This document shows, piece after piece, positions 24,858 to 32,941 of a stretch of 45,008 nt of DNA. Source of the DNA: a virus. The position numbers were made by a program, and so were the translations under genes. The notes beneath the pieces are model-generated. The model ran no database searches, was not told the origin of the DNA, and was given only the letters and a program-made list of their open reading frames with translations. The stretch covers positions 1 to 45,008 of IMG/VR virus record IMGVR_UViG_3300045918_000199. One strand, written 5' to 3'. Position 1 is the stretch's first letter. Every line of letters begins with the position of its first letter.

Positions 24858-26987
24858 ATGAAACAACACAACCTCTGGTTTGACTGCGAGACGTACAGCG
24901 AGTGCGACCTCAAGAGCGCAGGCACGCACCGCTACGCTGAGCACCCGAGCACCGAGATAACGGTGGCGCAGTGGGCGCAGGATGACGACGAGCCCACCGT
25001 GTTCGACTGCACTGGCGGTGAGCTGCCGCGTGACCTCATCGCACTGCTGCGCACCAGCGGCTTCACCGTCACCGCGCACAACTCCCACTTCGACCGCACG
25101 TTGATACGCCACTGCTGGGGCATCGACGTGCCCATCGAGCGCTGGCGTGACACGATGGTCAAGGCGCTGGTGCATGGGCTGCCAGGCGCACTCGGCAAGC
25201 TCGGGCCTATCCTGGGGCTGGACGACGACAAGCAGAAGGACGAGCGCGGACGCAAGCTCATCCAGTTATTTTGTAAACCGCGCCCCAAGGGCAGCACACT
25301 GAGGAGAGCAACAAGTGCCAGCCATCCTACCGAGTGGAGCGAGTTCCTCGAATACTCCCGCCAGGACATCATCGCCATGCGAGAGGTTGACTCTCGCCTC
25401 CCCGTCTGGAATTACAGTGGAGCTGAGCTTTCCCTCTGGCACCTCGATCAGCGAATCAACGACCGAGGCTTTGCAGTTGATCTTGAACTTGCGCGCGGCG
25501 CTGTTGGCGCTGTAGCTGTAGAGCAAGCTCGCCTCAAGCAAGCGACGCACGACGCGACGGACGGCCTAGTCGCCGGCCCGAGCAAGCGCGACCAGCTGCT
25601 CGCCTACATCCTGGCCGAGTACGGCGTCACGCTGCCCGACATGCAGGCCGACACCCTGCGCCGCAGGATGGAGGACCCCGAGCTGCCCGAGGCAGTCAAG
25701 CTGCTCATCTCGCTGCGCCTTGAGGCAACGAAGACCAGCACCGCCAAGTACAACGCGATGGTCAAGGCCACCAGCGAGGACGGTCGACTGCGCAACACGC
25801 TGCAGTTTGCCGGCGCGCTGCGCACCAGCCGCTGGGCTGGCCGAATCTTCCAGCCACAAAACATGCCGCGTCCTGTGCTCAAGCTGATGGCCGAGCACTT
25901 CGACGTGGAGATGAAGCAGCTCAGCGATGAGCTGGTGCAGGAGTACGAGGACCAGGGCGTGGCCGCTCTCAAGGGTGGCTTCGCTGATCTTGTGTTCAAC
26001 AACGTGATGGGGCTGACCAGTAACCTGGTGCGTGGCGCCATCGTCGCACCGCCCGGCAAGAAGCTGGTCATCGCCGACCTGGCCAACATCGAAGGGCGAG
26101 GCCTGGCTGTCATCGCGGGCGAGGACTGGAAGCTCAAGGCTTTCCGCGAGTACGACGCGGGCACCGGCCCTGACCTCTACAACGTGGCCTATGCGCGCAG
26201 CTTCAACTGCAAGGTCGAGGACATCCCCAAGGGCGGCCGCCAGATCGGCAAGGTGCAGGAGCTGATGCTCGGATACCAGGGCGGCGTCGGCGCCTATCTC
26301 ACGGGGGCTGCCACCTACAACATCGATCTGGACGAGATGGCCGACGCTGTCTGGGCCAGCGCACCAAGCGACGCCATGTACGACGCCGAGCGCATGTACG
26401 ACTGGACCGTGAAGAAACGGCGCAGCACCTTCGGCCTGCGCAAAGAGACCTACATCGCGTGCGAGTTCCTCAAGGCGAGCTGGCGCGCTGCGCACCCCGC
26501 TACCGTGGCGCTGTGGACCGACGTGGAGAACGGCGTGCGCATGGCAGTGGCCAAGCCCGGCGAGGTGGTGCGCGTGAGACAGCTGGCCATCCGCAAGGAC
26601 GGCGCCTGGCTGCGCATCCGCTTGCCCTCTGGCCGCTACCTGTGCTACCTGCAGCCCGAGGTGCGCGAGAGCGGTGACATCACCTACATGGGGGTGGACC
26701 AGTACACCCGCCAGTGGAAGCGCATCAAGACCTACGGCGGCAAGCTGGTAGAGAACATCGTCCAGGCCTGGGCTCGCGACGTGCTCGCGTATCACATGTC
26801 AACGGTCGAGGAGACTGGCTACGCGATTGTGCTGACCGTACACGACGAACTCATCACCGAGACGCCGGACTCCGACCTCTACAATGCTGACGACCTGGCC
26901 TCGGAGATGACACAGCCGATACCGTGGGCGCCAGGCGCACCGCTCGCAGCTGCGGGCTTTGAGACTTACCGATACCGGAAGGACTGA
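24858..26987 (+). CDS. Family A DNA polymerase with N-terminal 3'-5' exonuclease
   Basis: 709 aa. Exo I is FDCETYS. Motif A is VIADLANIEGR. Motif B is RQIGKVQELMLGYQGG. Motif C is VLTVHDEL. Confidence 0.9.
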   Translation: MKQHNLWFDCETYSECDLKSAGTHRYAEHPSTEITVAQWAQDDDEPTVFDCTGGELPRDLIALLRTSGFTVTAHNSHFDRTLIRHCWGIDVPIERWRDTMVKALVHGLPGALGKLGPILGLDDDKQKDERGRKLIQLFCKPRPKGSTLRRATSASHPTEWSEFLEYSRQDIIAMREVDSRLPVWNYSGAELSLWHLDQRINDRGFAVDLELARGAVGAVAVEQARLKQATHDATDGLVAGPSKRDQLLAYILAEYGVTLPDMQADTLRRRMEDPELPEAVKLLISLRLEATKTSTAKYNAMVKATSEDGRLRNTLQFAGALRTSRWAGRIFQPQNMPRPVLKLMAEHFDVEMKQLSDELVQEYEDQGVAALKGGFADLVFNNVMGLTSNLVRGAIVAPPGKKLVIADLANIEGRGLAVIAGEDWKLKAFREYDAGTGPDLYNVAYARSFNCKVEDIPKGGRQIGKVQELMLGYQGGVGAYLTGAATYNIDLDEMADAVWASAPSDAMYDAERMYDWTVKKRRSTFGLRKETYIACEFLKASWRAAHPATVALWTDVENGVRMAVAKPGEVVRVRQLAIRKDGAWLRIRLPSGRYLCYLQPEVRESGDITYMGVDQYTRQWKRIKTYGGKLVENIVQAWARDVLAYHMSTVEETGYAIVLTVHDELITETPDSDLYNADDLASEMTQPIPWAPGAPLAAAGFETYRYRKD

Positions 26988-26989
26988 TC

Positions 26990-27217
26990 ATGTCCGATAC
27001 CTTTGACCACGAGGGCGACGCCTTGGAGTCTTTCAACGACGACCGCTACTATGGTGGCGGCCCCCGCTCGTCCACCCCCAGGTGTAAATACTGCGGCCGC
27101 GAGGTCGAGTGGCTACACAGCGGCGTGCGCTGGCGCATGTACGAGCCAGGCGAGGCCGTCAAGCTGCACGTCTGCCAGCGTGTCGCCAGCCCCGATGAGT
27201 TCGAGGACGTGGCGTGA
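26990..27217 (+). CDS. Small Zn-ribbon protein ending in an SSB-like acidic tail (DEFEDVA)
   Basis: 75 aa. ATG lies 2 nt after the polymerase stop. Zn-ribbon residues CKYCG...HVCQ. C-terminus SPDEFEDVA. Confidence 0.65.
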   Translation: MSDTFDHEGDALESFNDDRYYGGGPRSSTPRCKYCGREVEWLHSGVRWRMYEPGEAVKLHVCQRVASPDEFEDVA

Positions 27218-27230
27218 GCGCCACAACCCC

Positions 27231-27270
27231 TTGACCGCAGACTTTAGCGCGTGCTAAAGTGGAATCTTTT
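27231..27270 (+). promoter_or_regulatory. Internal promoter and/or attenuator hairpin
   Basis: TTGACC (27231-27236), 18-nt spacer, TAAAGT (27255-27260). This overlaps a perfect hairpin, ACTTTAGC-GCGT-GCTAAAGT (27241-27260), that is followed by TCTTTT. Confidence 0.35.
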
Positions 27271-27285
27271 CAACAGGAGACAGAC

Positions 27286-27414
27286 ATGAACCCATTCGAC
27301 ATCGAAGGCCCACACAAACGCCCGCTCGACTGGCAAGACAAGCTGGTCATCACCGCCTGCGCAGTGACGTGCGTGTGGGTCATCTTGATGGTGGTGATGG
27401 GGTGGATAGCATGA
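27286..27414 (+). CDS. 42-aa single-pass membrane peptide
   Basis: AGGAGA lies 5 nt upstream. Sequence is MNPFDIEGPHKRPLDWQDKLVITACAVTCVWVILMVVMGWIA. ATGA-coupled to the next gene. Confidence 0.5.
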   Translation: MNPFDIEGPHKRPLDWQDKLVITACAVTCVWVILMVVMGWIA

Positions 27415-27692
27415 GCACGCACTACCAGGGTGACGAGCTGCTCAGCTTCACCCCCTTCTTCAAGACGGTGCTCATCGCCATCGCCTGCCTCGCCATCGCG
27501 CTGCTCACCTGCTCGGTGGTCTGGTCCATCGGCCACACCAGCGGGATAGTGCGCGGCCACGACCTGGCCCAAGAGCGTGTCGTCGCTGAGGTGCGCGAGA
27601 AGTGCATCCCCTGGTCGACCTACAACAAAGAGCGCACGCTGACTGGCGCGATCTTATGCAAGCCGCTGCGTTTTATGGGAGCTGCAAAGTGA
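27411..27692 (+). CDS. Membrane protein (one TM helix)
   Basis: 93 aa from ATG 27411. TM segment is TVLIAIACLAIALLTCSVVWSI. Confidence 0.6.
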   Translation: MSTHYQGDELLSFTPFFKTVLIAIACLAIALLTCSVVWSIGHTSGIVRGHDLAQERVVAEVREKCIPWSTYNKERTLTGAILCKPLRFMGAAK

Positions 27693-28048
27693 GCTTCTCC
27701 ATCAAAATGCCGGAGGCCAAGCGCGAGCGCGATGTCGAGCGCTACCTGGTGCAGCTGGTCAAGGACCTCGGCGGTGAGGTGCGCAAGGTCAAGTGGGTTG
27801 GCCGCAACAGCGCGCCCGACCGTGTCGTGATGCTGCCTGACCCTGGACCTGGCCGGGGCACCTTCAACAACCTATGGTGGGTCGAGCTGAAGGCGCCAGG
27901 CAAGTGGCTCACCTTCCCTGCCAACGCGCACGAGCGCGCGCAGCATCGTGAGCACGAGCGCATGCGCAAGATGGGCCAGCGCGTTGTCATCATCGACAGC
28001 TTCGAGGGCGTGAACAAGTTGCTCGGCGTCGAGTGGAGCACGGCATGA
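27689..28048 (+). CDS. VRR-NUC domain nuclease
   Basis: 119 aa from GTG 27689 (GGGAG upstream; alternative ATG at 27707). Motifs ERYLV...GGEVRKVKW..APDRVVM...WWVELKAPGK. Confidence 0.75.
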   Translation: MSFSIKMPEAKRERDVERYLVQLVKDLGGEVRKVKWVGRNSAPDRVVMLPDPGPGRGTFNNLWWVELKAPGKWLTFPANAHERAQHREHERMRKMGQRVVIIDSFEGVNKLLGVEWSTA

Positions 28049-28278
28049 AAGCCTTCAACATCCTGTCGTCGGCGCGCAACGCGACGCGACTCAACGCGCT
28101 CGCACCACGCGAGGGCCGCGAGCGCGGCCGACCGCACAGCGAAGAGCGCTGCCTCGAAGTGGCTGCGTGGATACGTGAGCACGGCGAGGTGGGCGCGCGC
28201 AAGCTGGGCGCCTCTCGTGCGCTGGTCGACTTCGTCCAAGGCGAGATGTACCTGGGCAAGTACGGGGGCGCGAAGTGA
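28045..28278 (+). CDS. Small HTH-like protein
   Basis: 77 aa with ATGA coupling. Segment GARKLGASRALVDFV resembles an HTH recognition helix. Confidence 0.5.
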   Translation: MKAFNILSSARNATRLNALAPREGRERGRPHSEERCLEVAAWIREHGEVGARKLGASRALVDFVQGEMYLGKYGGAK

Positions 28279-28547
28279 ACCGGCGCGGACTGCTGCGGGG
28301 CATCCTCGCCACGGGCGTGGCGCCGTTCGTCTGCACCACCTCGGGCATCCTGATGCCTGGCAAGGCTATCATGTACCCCTGGGGCAACGTCAACGCGGGC
28401 GAGGTGCTGGCGTGGCAAGAGGAGTTTGTCGGCTTCCCCGACGACCTCGCCTTCCGTCTCAACCTGCACCGCTTCGGGCGCGAGCTTGCGCGCACCACCG
28501 CGTTCAACCCCGGGGTCAAGTGGTTCAAGCTGGAGCTGCCCAGGTGA
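28275..28547 (+). CDS. Hypothetical protein with twin-arginine-like N-terminus
   Basis: 90 aa with GTGA coupling. N-terminus is NRRGLLRGILATGVAPFV. Confidence 0.5.
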   Translation: MNRRGLLRGILATGVAPFVCTTSGILMPGKAIMYPWGNVNAGEVLAWQEEFVGFPDDLAFRLNLHRFGRELARTTAFNPGVKWFKLELPR

Positions 28548-29938
28548 GCAAAACCTTCACCCCCCGCGAGTACCAGCGCATCGCTGCCGACTTCCTCTCC
28601 AGCACGCCACGCGCTGCGCTGTGGGCGGGCATGGGCATGGGCAAGACATCGGCCACGCTGCACCTGCTCGACACCCTGCACAACATCCTCGGCGAGGACA
28701 GACCCACGCTGGTGGTGGCGCCCAAGCGCGTGGCGCTGAGCACCTGGCCCGATGAGCAGCGCAAGTGGTCGAGCCTCTCGGGCCTGAGCCTGGCGCCCGT
28801 CATCGGCACGCCAGCTGAGCGCAAGCTCGCGCTGCTCAAGGACGTGGCAGTCAAGACAATCAACTACGACAACCTGCCCTGGCTGGTCGAGCACTACGGG
28901 AGCAAGTGGCCCTTCGGCACCATCGTGGCCGACGAGTCGACCAGGCTCAAGGGCTTCAGGATGCGCCAGGGTGGCGCGCGTGCCCAGGCCCTCGCCCAGA
29001 TGGCGCACGCGCGCTGCGACAGGTTCTGGCAGCTCACAGGCACACCGGCGCCCAACGGGCTGCTCGACCTGTGGGGGCAGATGTGGTTCCTCGACCAAGG
29101 GCAGGCGCTGGGCCGCACCTACGAGAGCTTCAAGACCCGCTGGTTCCAGCCGGTCAAGACTGGCGACGGATACTACAAGTGGATACCCCACGCGCACAGT
29201 CAGGACGAGATAATGCAGCGCGTGTCACACCTCGCTCTGACCATCGACCCCGCGGACTGGTTCGATCTGGAGAAGCCCATCGTCAACGTGATCGAGGTGG
29301 ACCTGGAGCCCAGCGCTCGTGCGAAGTACGACGAGTTCGAGAAGGAGATGTTCCTCGCGCTGGACGAGGGCGACATCGAGGCCTTCGGTGGTGCGGGCAA
29401 AACGATGAAGTGCTTGCAGCTGGCTAACGGCGCAGCCTACCTGGACCCCGAGCGCTACGGCAAAGACAGATATGTGGAGGTGAGCTATGCGAAACTGGAT
29501 GCGCTTGAGAGCGTGGTGGAAGAAGCTAACGGTGCGCCCGTCCTGGTGGCCTACCATTTCAAGAGTGACCTGGCCAGGCTACTGCGAGCTTTCCCTAAAG
29601 GCCGTCACCTGGACGCGGACCCGGCAACGGTGGAGGAATGGAACGCAGGTCGTATACCACTTCTCTTCGCGCACCCGGCATCGGCTGGTCACGGTCTCAA
29701 TCTGCAGGATGGTGGGAACATCATCGTCTTCTTCGGGCACTGGTGGGACTTAGAGCAGCACGACCAGATAGTCGAGCGCATCGGGCCGGTGCGCCAGCTG
29801 CAGTCGGGGCACAAGCGCCCGGTGTTCATCCACTACATCGTGGCACGAGACACGGTCGACGAGCTGGTGATGCTGCGCCGCGAGAGCAAGAGAGCTGTGC
29901 AGGATTTATTGTTGGACTACATGAAACGCAGACGATGA
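28544..29938 (+). CDS. SNF2-family (DEAD/H-like) helicase
   Basis: 464 aa from GTG 28544 (GGAG upstream, GTGA coupling). Motif I is GMGMGKTS, motif II is VADESTRLK, motif III is LTGTPAPNG. C-terminal helicase block is HPASAGHGLNLQDGGN. Confidence 0.85.
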   Translation: MSKTFTPREYQRIAADFLSSTPRAALWAGMGMGKTSATLHLLDTLHNILGEDRPTLVVAPKRVALSTWPDEQRKWSSLSGLSLAPVIGTPAERKLALLKDVAVKTINYDNLPWLVEHYGSKWPFGTIVADESTRLKGFRMRQGGARAQALAQMAHARCDRFWQLTGTPAPNGLLDLWGQMWFLDQGQALGRTYESFKTRWFQPVKTGDGYYKWIPHAHSQDEIMQRVSHLALTIDPADWFDLEKPIVNVIEVDLEPSARAKYDEFEKEMFLALDEGDIEAFGGAGKTMKCLQLANGAAYLDPERYGKDRYVEVSYAKLDALESVVEEANGAPVLVAYHFKSDLARLLRAFPKGRHLDADPATVEEWNAGRIPLLFAHPASAGHGLNLQDGGNIIVFFGHWWDLEQHDQIVERIGPVRQLQSGHKRPVFIHYIVARDTVDELVMLRRESKRAVQDLLLDYMKRRR

Positions 29939-30102
29939 AAACAGACTTCAGCACTTGGTCGCGCGAGAACTTGGAGCGCTTCGCGCAAGAGGCCAATGAG
30001 TCAAACCTGCAGCTGAGGGAAGAATTAAAGCTGGCGCTCGCCGCCTGGCGTCAGGCTATTTTGCAACAAGCAAGTCGTTCTTCTGCTGAGACCCCACTGT
30101 AG
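29935..30102 (+). CDS. Possible 55-aa coiled-coil protein, last gene of the rightward arm
   Basis: ATGA-coupled to the helicase stop. Its 3' end overlaps the convergent holin gene by 47 nt, which lowers confidence. Confidence 0.35.
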   Translation: MKTDFSTWSRENLERFAQEANESNLQLREELKLALAAWRQAILQQASRSSAETPL

Positions 30103-30568
30103 TGCCGATGAGGTAGGCCAGAGCGGAGCCGCCGATCATGTCGAAGAAACCGAGCACGCGCCCCGCGATGATGTCGTGGGTGCCGTCAGGCACGCCGTTC
30201 ACAAACACGTAGAACTCCAGGCCCATCGCGATGAACACCAGCGCCATGCAGAAGTACACCACCGGCCGCTGAGCGCCCCCCGCTACGTTAGCCTTGCGCG
30301 CAGAGTCGCGATCTTGGAAAGCTATCTCGCTGAACTTGACGCCCATCTCCTGCTCTTTGGTTTTGAACTCCAGCTCCAGCTGCTTGAGCTGGACCACCTG
30401 CTCGGGCGTGAGCGTCGCGGTCTTGATGGCGTCAGCGATCTTGGACTGGGTTGCGTCGGGGATGCCAAGCAGATTGCCCAAGGCAGACACCGCCATGCCA
30501 CCCATCGGGCCAAGCACAGCAGTCGCGACCGTGGGCGCGAGCGATTTCAAAGTTGCAAGCCAGTCCAT
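30056..30568 (-). CDS. Holin (3-TM, GTA-holin-like)
   Basis: 170 aa. Amphipathic N-terminal half with ..FQDRDSARK.., then hydrophobic helices (VVYFCMALVFIAMGLEFYVFV and GGSALAYLIG). Its start shares 1 nt with the endolysin stop. Confidence 0.7.
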   Translation of the reverse strand: MDWLATLKSLAPTVATAVLGPMGGMAVSALGNLLGIPDATQSKIADAIKTATLTPEQVVQLKQLELEFKTKEQEMGVKFSEIAFQDRDSARKANVAGGAQRPVVYFCMALVFIAMGLEFYVFVNGVPDGTHDIIAGRVLGFFDMIGGSALAYLIGTTVGSQQKNDLLVAK

Positions 30569-31041
30569 CAGTTGTCTCCTGTTGCGTACTCAAGGTCCTT
30601 GGCTGCGCGTAGAGCCCAGCCCTTACCGAAGGTTGGCCAGTTGCTGAGCGAAGCCCAGAAGCGCAGCCGCTGCGCGATGAAGCGCATCAGCACGTCGTTG
30701 ACTTCCAGAGTGCTCAGCTTGGCTGCGCTGACTGGTCCCCAATGACCGTCGTCAGTCACGCCGATGGCGGCCTGCAGCTTGCGCACTGCGGTCTGGATGC
30801 CTGAGTTGACAGCGAAGTCAAACACCTGGAACTTGACAGCGTCGGGCACCTCGCCCAGCGGGTCCCAGAAGTCGCGCTTGTAGATGGCCTTGGCGCCGTC
30901 GCGCGTCAGGTTGGCGATGTCGACATCGGGGTAGCTGCGCTTGCTGATGCCCCAGTTCGTCTCGCCCCCAGGGTCGGCCGGGTCGTTGACGTAGCCGCCC
31001 TCGTTGGCGATGAGTCGGTCGAAGGCTTCGTCGAAGTTCAT
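30568..31041 (-). CDS. Endolysin, GH108-type N-terminus with PG-binding C-terminus
   Basis: 157 aa. FDRLIANEGGYVNDPADPGGETNWGIS is the GH108 signature as I recall it. Confidence 0.85.
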   Translation of the reverse strand: MNFDEAFDRLIANEGGYVNDPADPGGETNWGISKRSYPDVDIANLTRDGAKAIYKRDFWDPLGEVPDAVKFQVFDFAVNSGIQTAVRKLQAAIGVTDDGHWGPVSAAKLSTLEVNDVLMRFIAQRLRFWASLSNWPTFGKGWALRAAKDLEYATGDN

Positions 31042-31394
31042 TTCAGCACCATGCTGCCGACAGCGGTGCCCATCAGGCCCAAGCCCCCGAGGATGCCGAG
31101 CACAACCCAGGTGCGCATCTCGATGAGCGCCGGCAGCTTGGTCTCGATAGCGACCAGGCGCTCGCCCAGCTTCTTGGGCACTGCAATCTCCAGCGCGGTG
31201 ATGCGCTGGATGTTGTCCTGTATGGCTTGGGCGCCGTCAGAGAGCCGGCCGTTGATAGCGATCTGGCGCTCTTCGATTCGCACCAGGCTCTGCAGTGCGT
31301 CGTGGATGTCGTCGAGCTTCCCGTCAATGCGGGGCACCGCGGTGGCCAGCTGTTGGAACTGTTGCTCAAGGACGATGATGCGTTCGATGGTCAT
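31038..31394 (-). CDS. Coiled-coil protein with C-terminal TM anchor (XhlA-like topology), lysis-associated
   Basis: 118 aa from ATG 31394. Long helical region, then WVVLGILGGLGLMGTAVGSMVL. ATGA-coupled to the endolysin gene. Confidence 0.5.
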   Translation of the reverse strand: MTIERIIVLEQQFQQLATAVPRIDGKLDDIHDALQSLVRIEERQIAINGRLSDGAQAIQDNIQRITALEIAVPKKLGERLVAIETKLPALIEMRTWVVLGILGGLGLMGTAVGSMVLK

Positions 31395-31726
31395 CAGCGC
31401 AGGCTCCGAGCGAGGATGCCGATGCACTGCACCAACGTAGCCAGATCATTCTGCTCGGGAGCAGTAAGCGTCGGAAAATTATTCTGCGCCCAGTTCTTGC
31501 ACTGCGCTGGCGTCTTGGCGATGAGCGCCTGGAACTTCGCGTCGGCCTTGAGCGCAGCGGCGTCGGCCTTGTCTTGAGCAACCTGAGCTGCTGCAGCGAT
31601 TTGCGCCGCAGATGGCGTCGGCTGGAGCAAGTCATACTCCGCCTTCTGGATTTCAGTCAAGCCCTTGGGCACCAACTCGTCAGGGTAGGTGTAGGTCCCA
31701 TCGGATAAGTCTTTGTAGTATTTCAT
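31394..31726 (-). CDS. Hypothetical protein, possible tail-fibre assembly/chaperone
   Basis: 110 aa, ATGA-coupled to the 401-aa receptor-binding candidate. The MKYYKD...PDELVPKGLTEI start resembles Tfa-type proteins, but only weakly. Confidence 0.4.
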   Translation of the reverse strand: MKYYKDLSDGTYTYPDELVPKGLTEIQKAEYDLLQPTPSAAQIAAAAQVAQDKADAAALKADAKFQALIAKTPAQCKNWAQNNFPTLTAPEQNDLATLVQCIGILARSLR

Positions 31727-32928
31727 GCGACCCTCGTGATGGTGAACTCACTCAAGCTAATGCCGGCAGCGTCATGGTGTGGTCGGATGACATCGCCAGC
31801 GGCCAAAATGTAGGAGCCCCCGCCATTCCGCAGAGAAGTAGCAACGTCGTTCTGGTTAAAGAAAAGCCTGTCGGTAGAGTTCACCCCGGACAAAGCGGTG
31901 GTTAGCTGCGTGGAGTTTCGTGACGCACCAGCATAGGAGAAGGCGCCGTTCGGCCCCGCGCTCCAAGAGATAGCGTACACCCCAGCGGTCTGAATGGTGA
32001 ACGACGCGCCGTTGGTCGCGGAGTCAGCGTAAACAATGTCGTTGCCAACAGAAGAAGTGACGTTGGTGAACCGAGGAATAACGGTGTTTGTCGACCCATA
32101 CCCGTTGTGGGTGTTCACCCGGACCATGCTCCTCGGCGGTGTCACCGCCAGCGCCCTGCCGCCAGCAGTGGCGATGACGCTGGGGCTGGTGACCCAGGTT
32201 CCAGCTGTCGCCTGGACAATGCTTATTCGAGCGACAACACGATGCGCCACACTAGCGCGCGCAGTCGTGGAGTACCAGGCGTTTGCAATGTCTGCGGCCC
32301 CCGCACCGCCCTCGGCAGTTGTGCTGATGAGGTCGGTCTCGTCGCTCGGGTCACCGAACTTCCACGCAATCTCCATAACACCGTTGGCGTTTATCGCCGC
32401 GACGTAGAGGTCCCCGATGACGCCGCTCGACATGCCGCCAGTCGAGCCAGACGAGATTGTGGTCGACAGGTCAACCAGGCTGGTGACCGGGGCAGGCACC
32501 CCGCTGCCGCCTGTCACGTTTCTGAAGTCCAGGGTGAGTGGCTTCAGCGTGAGGACGAGAGCGTTGGATGTTGGAACCGCTGTCACGCTGGGCATGTTGC
32601 CCTTTGCTATCGCGGGGGAATACTCCAACACCTCCACCGTATCCGCAGCCGTCGCGCGCAGCATGAACGTGTCGCCAGCGGCAGCCACAATGTTGGCCCC
32701 CGCCTGTGTCACGATGTTCGCGTTGTTCGTCAGCGTGAACCCGCCACCAGCGCGCACCCGCAGCACGCGACCGGCAGCCACGGTAAACTTCGTAATCGCC
32801 AGCGCGCCGGTTATCTGGATGTCGTCGATGAACGGCACCGACGCAGTCAGATCGACCGTGCCAGCAACACTGGCGACATCGACGCGAGGGATTCGCTCGG
32901 TTCCAGAGGGTTGTATTTTTTGCGTCAT
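31723..32928 (-). CDS. Second tail fibre / receptor-binding protein candidate
   Basis: 401 aa. Beta-rich Thr/Ser/Gly/Ala composition, downstream of the main fibre. No enzymatic motif recognised. Confidence 0.55.
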   Translation of the reverse strand: MTQKIQPSGTERIPRVDVASVAGTVDLTASVPFIDDIQITGALAITKFTVAAGRVLRVRAGGGFTLTNNANIVTQAGANIVAAAGDTFMLRATAADTVEVLEYSPAIAKGNMPSVTAVPTSNALVLTLKPLTLDFRNVTGGSGVPAPVTSLVDLSTTISSGSTGGMSSGVIGDLYVAAINANGVMEIAWKFGDPSDETDLISTTAEGGAGAADIANAWYSTTARASVAHRVVARISIVQATAGTWVTSPSVIATAGGRALAVTPPRSMVRVNTHNGYGSTNTVIPRFTNVTSSVGNDIVYADSATNGASFTIQTAGVYAISWSAGPNGAFSYAGASRNSTQLTTALSGVNSTDRLFFNQNDVATSLRNGGGSYILAAGDVIRPHHDAAGISLSEFTITRVA

Positions 32929-32941
32929 ACCGTGCCCTTGG

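Noticed and set aside
24623-24883. 86-aa TTG-initiated ORF filling the SSB-polymerase gap, and the 24531..24785 frame
   Set aside because: There is no RBS. The composition (Ser/Arg/Gly/Thr) is unlike the neighbouring genes. The ORF overlaps the polymerase start. The region is better treated as structured non-coding DNA.
22730-24925. 731-aa minus-strand ORF, together with 25566..26795 (-) and 28091..29197 (-), antisense to the nuclease/SSB, polymerase and helicase genes
   Set aside because: Same shadow-ORF signature. The plus-strand products carry clear catalytic motifs.
29939-30055. A bidirectional terminator between the converging rightward and leftward arms
   Set aside because: There is only a weak 6-7-bp hairpin (GCGCGA..TCGCGC) with no U-tracts. 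The stretch also reads as a plausible ATGA-coupled 55-aa ORF.
31073-31369. Embedded alternative-frame ORF (98 aa) inside the 118-aa lysis-associated gene as an Rz1-like o-spanin
   Set aside because: It has no lipobox (L-x-x-C after a signal peptide). Its Ser/Arg/Pro-rich composition is typical of an out-of-frame artefact.
31723-32928. Diversity-generating retroelement (Mtd-like target, TR/VR pair, reverse transcriptase)
   Set aside because: No ORF with RT motifs exists anywhere in the genome. I could not see a second copy of the gene 3' end by eye. A dot-plot would be needed to exclude a degenerate repeat.
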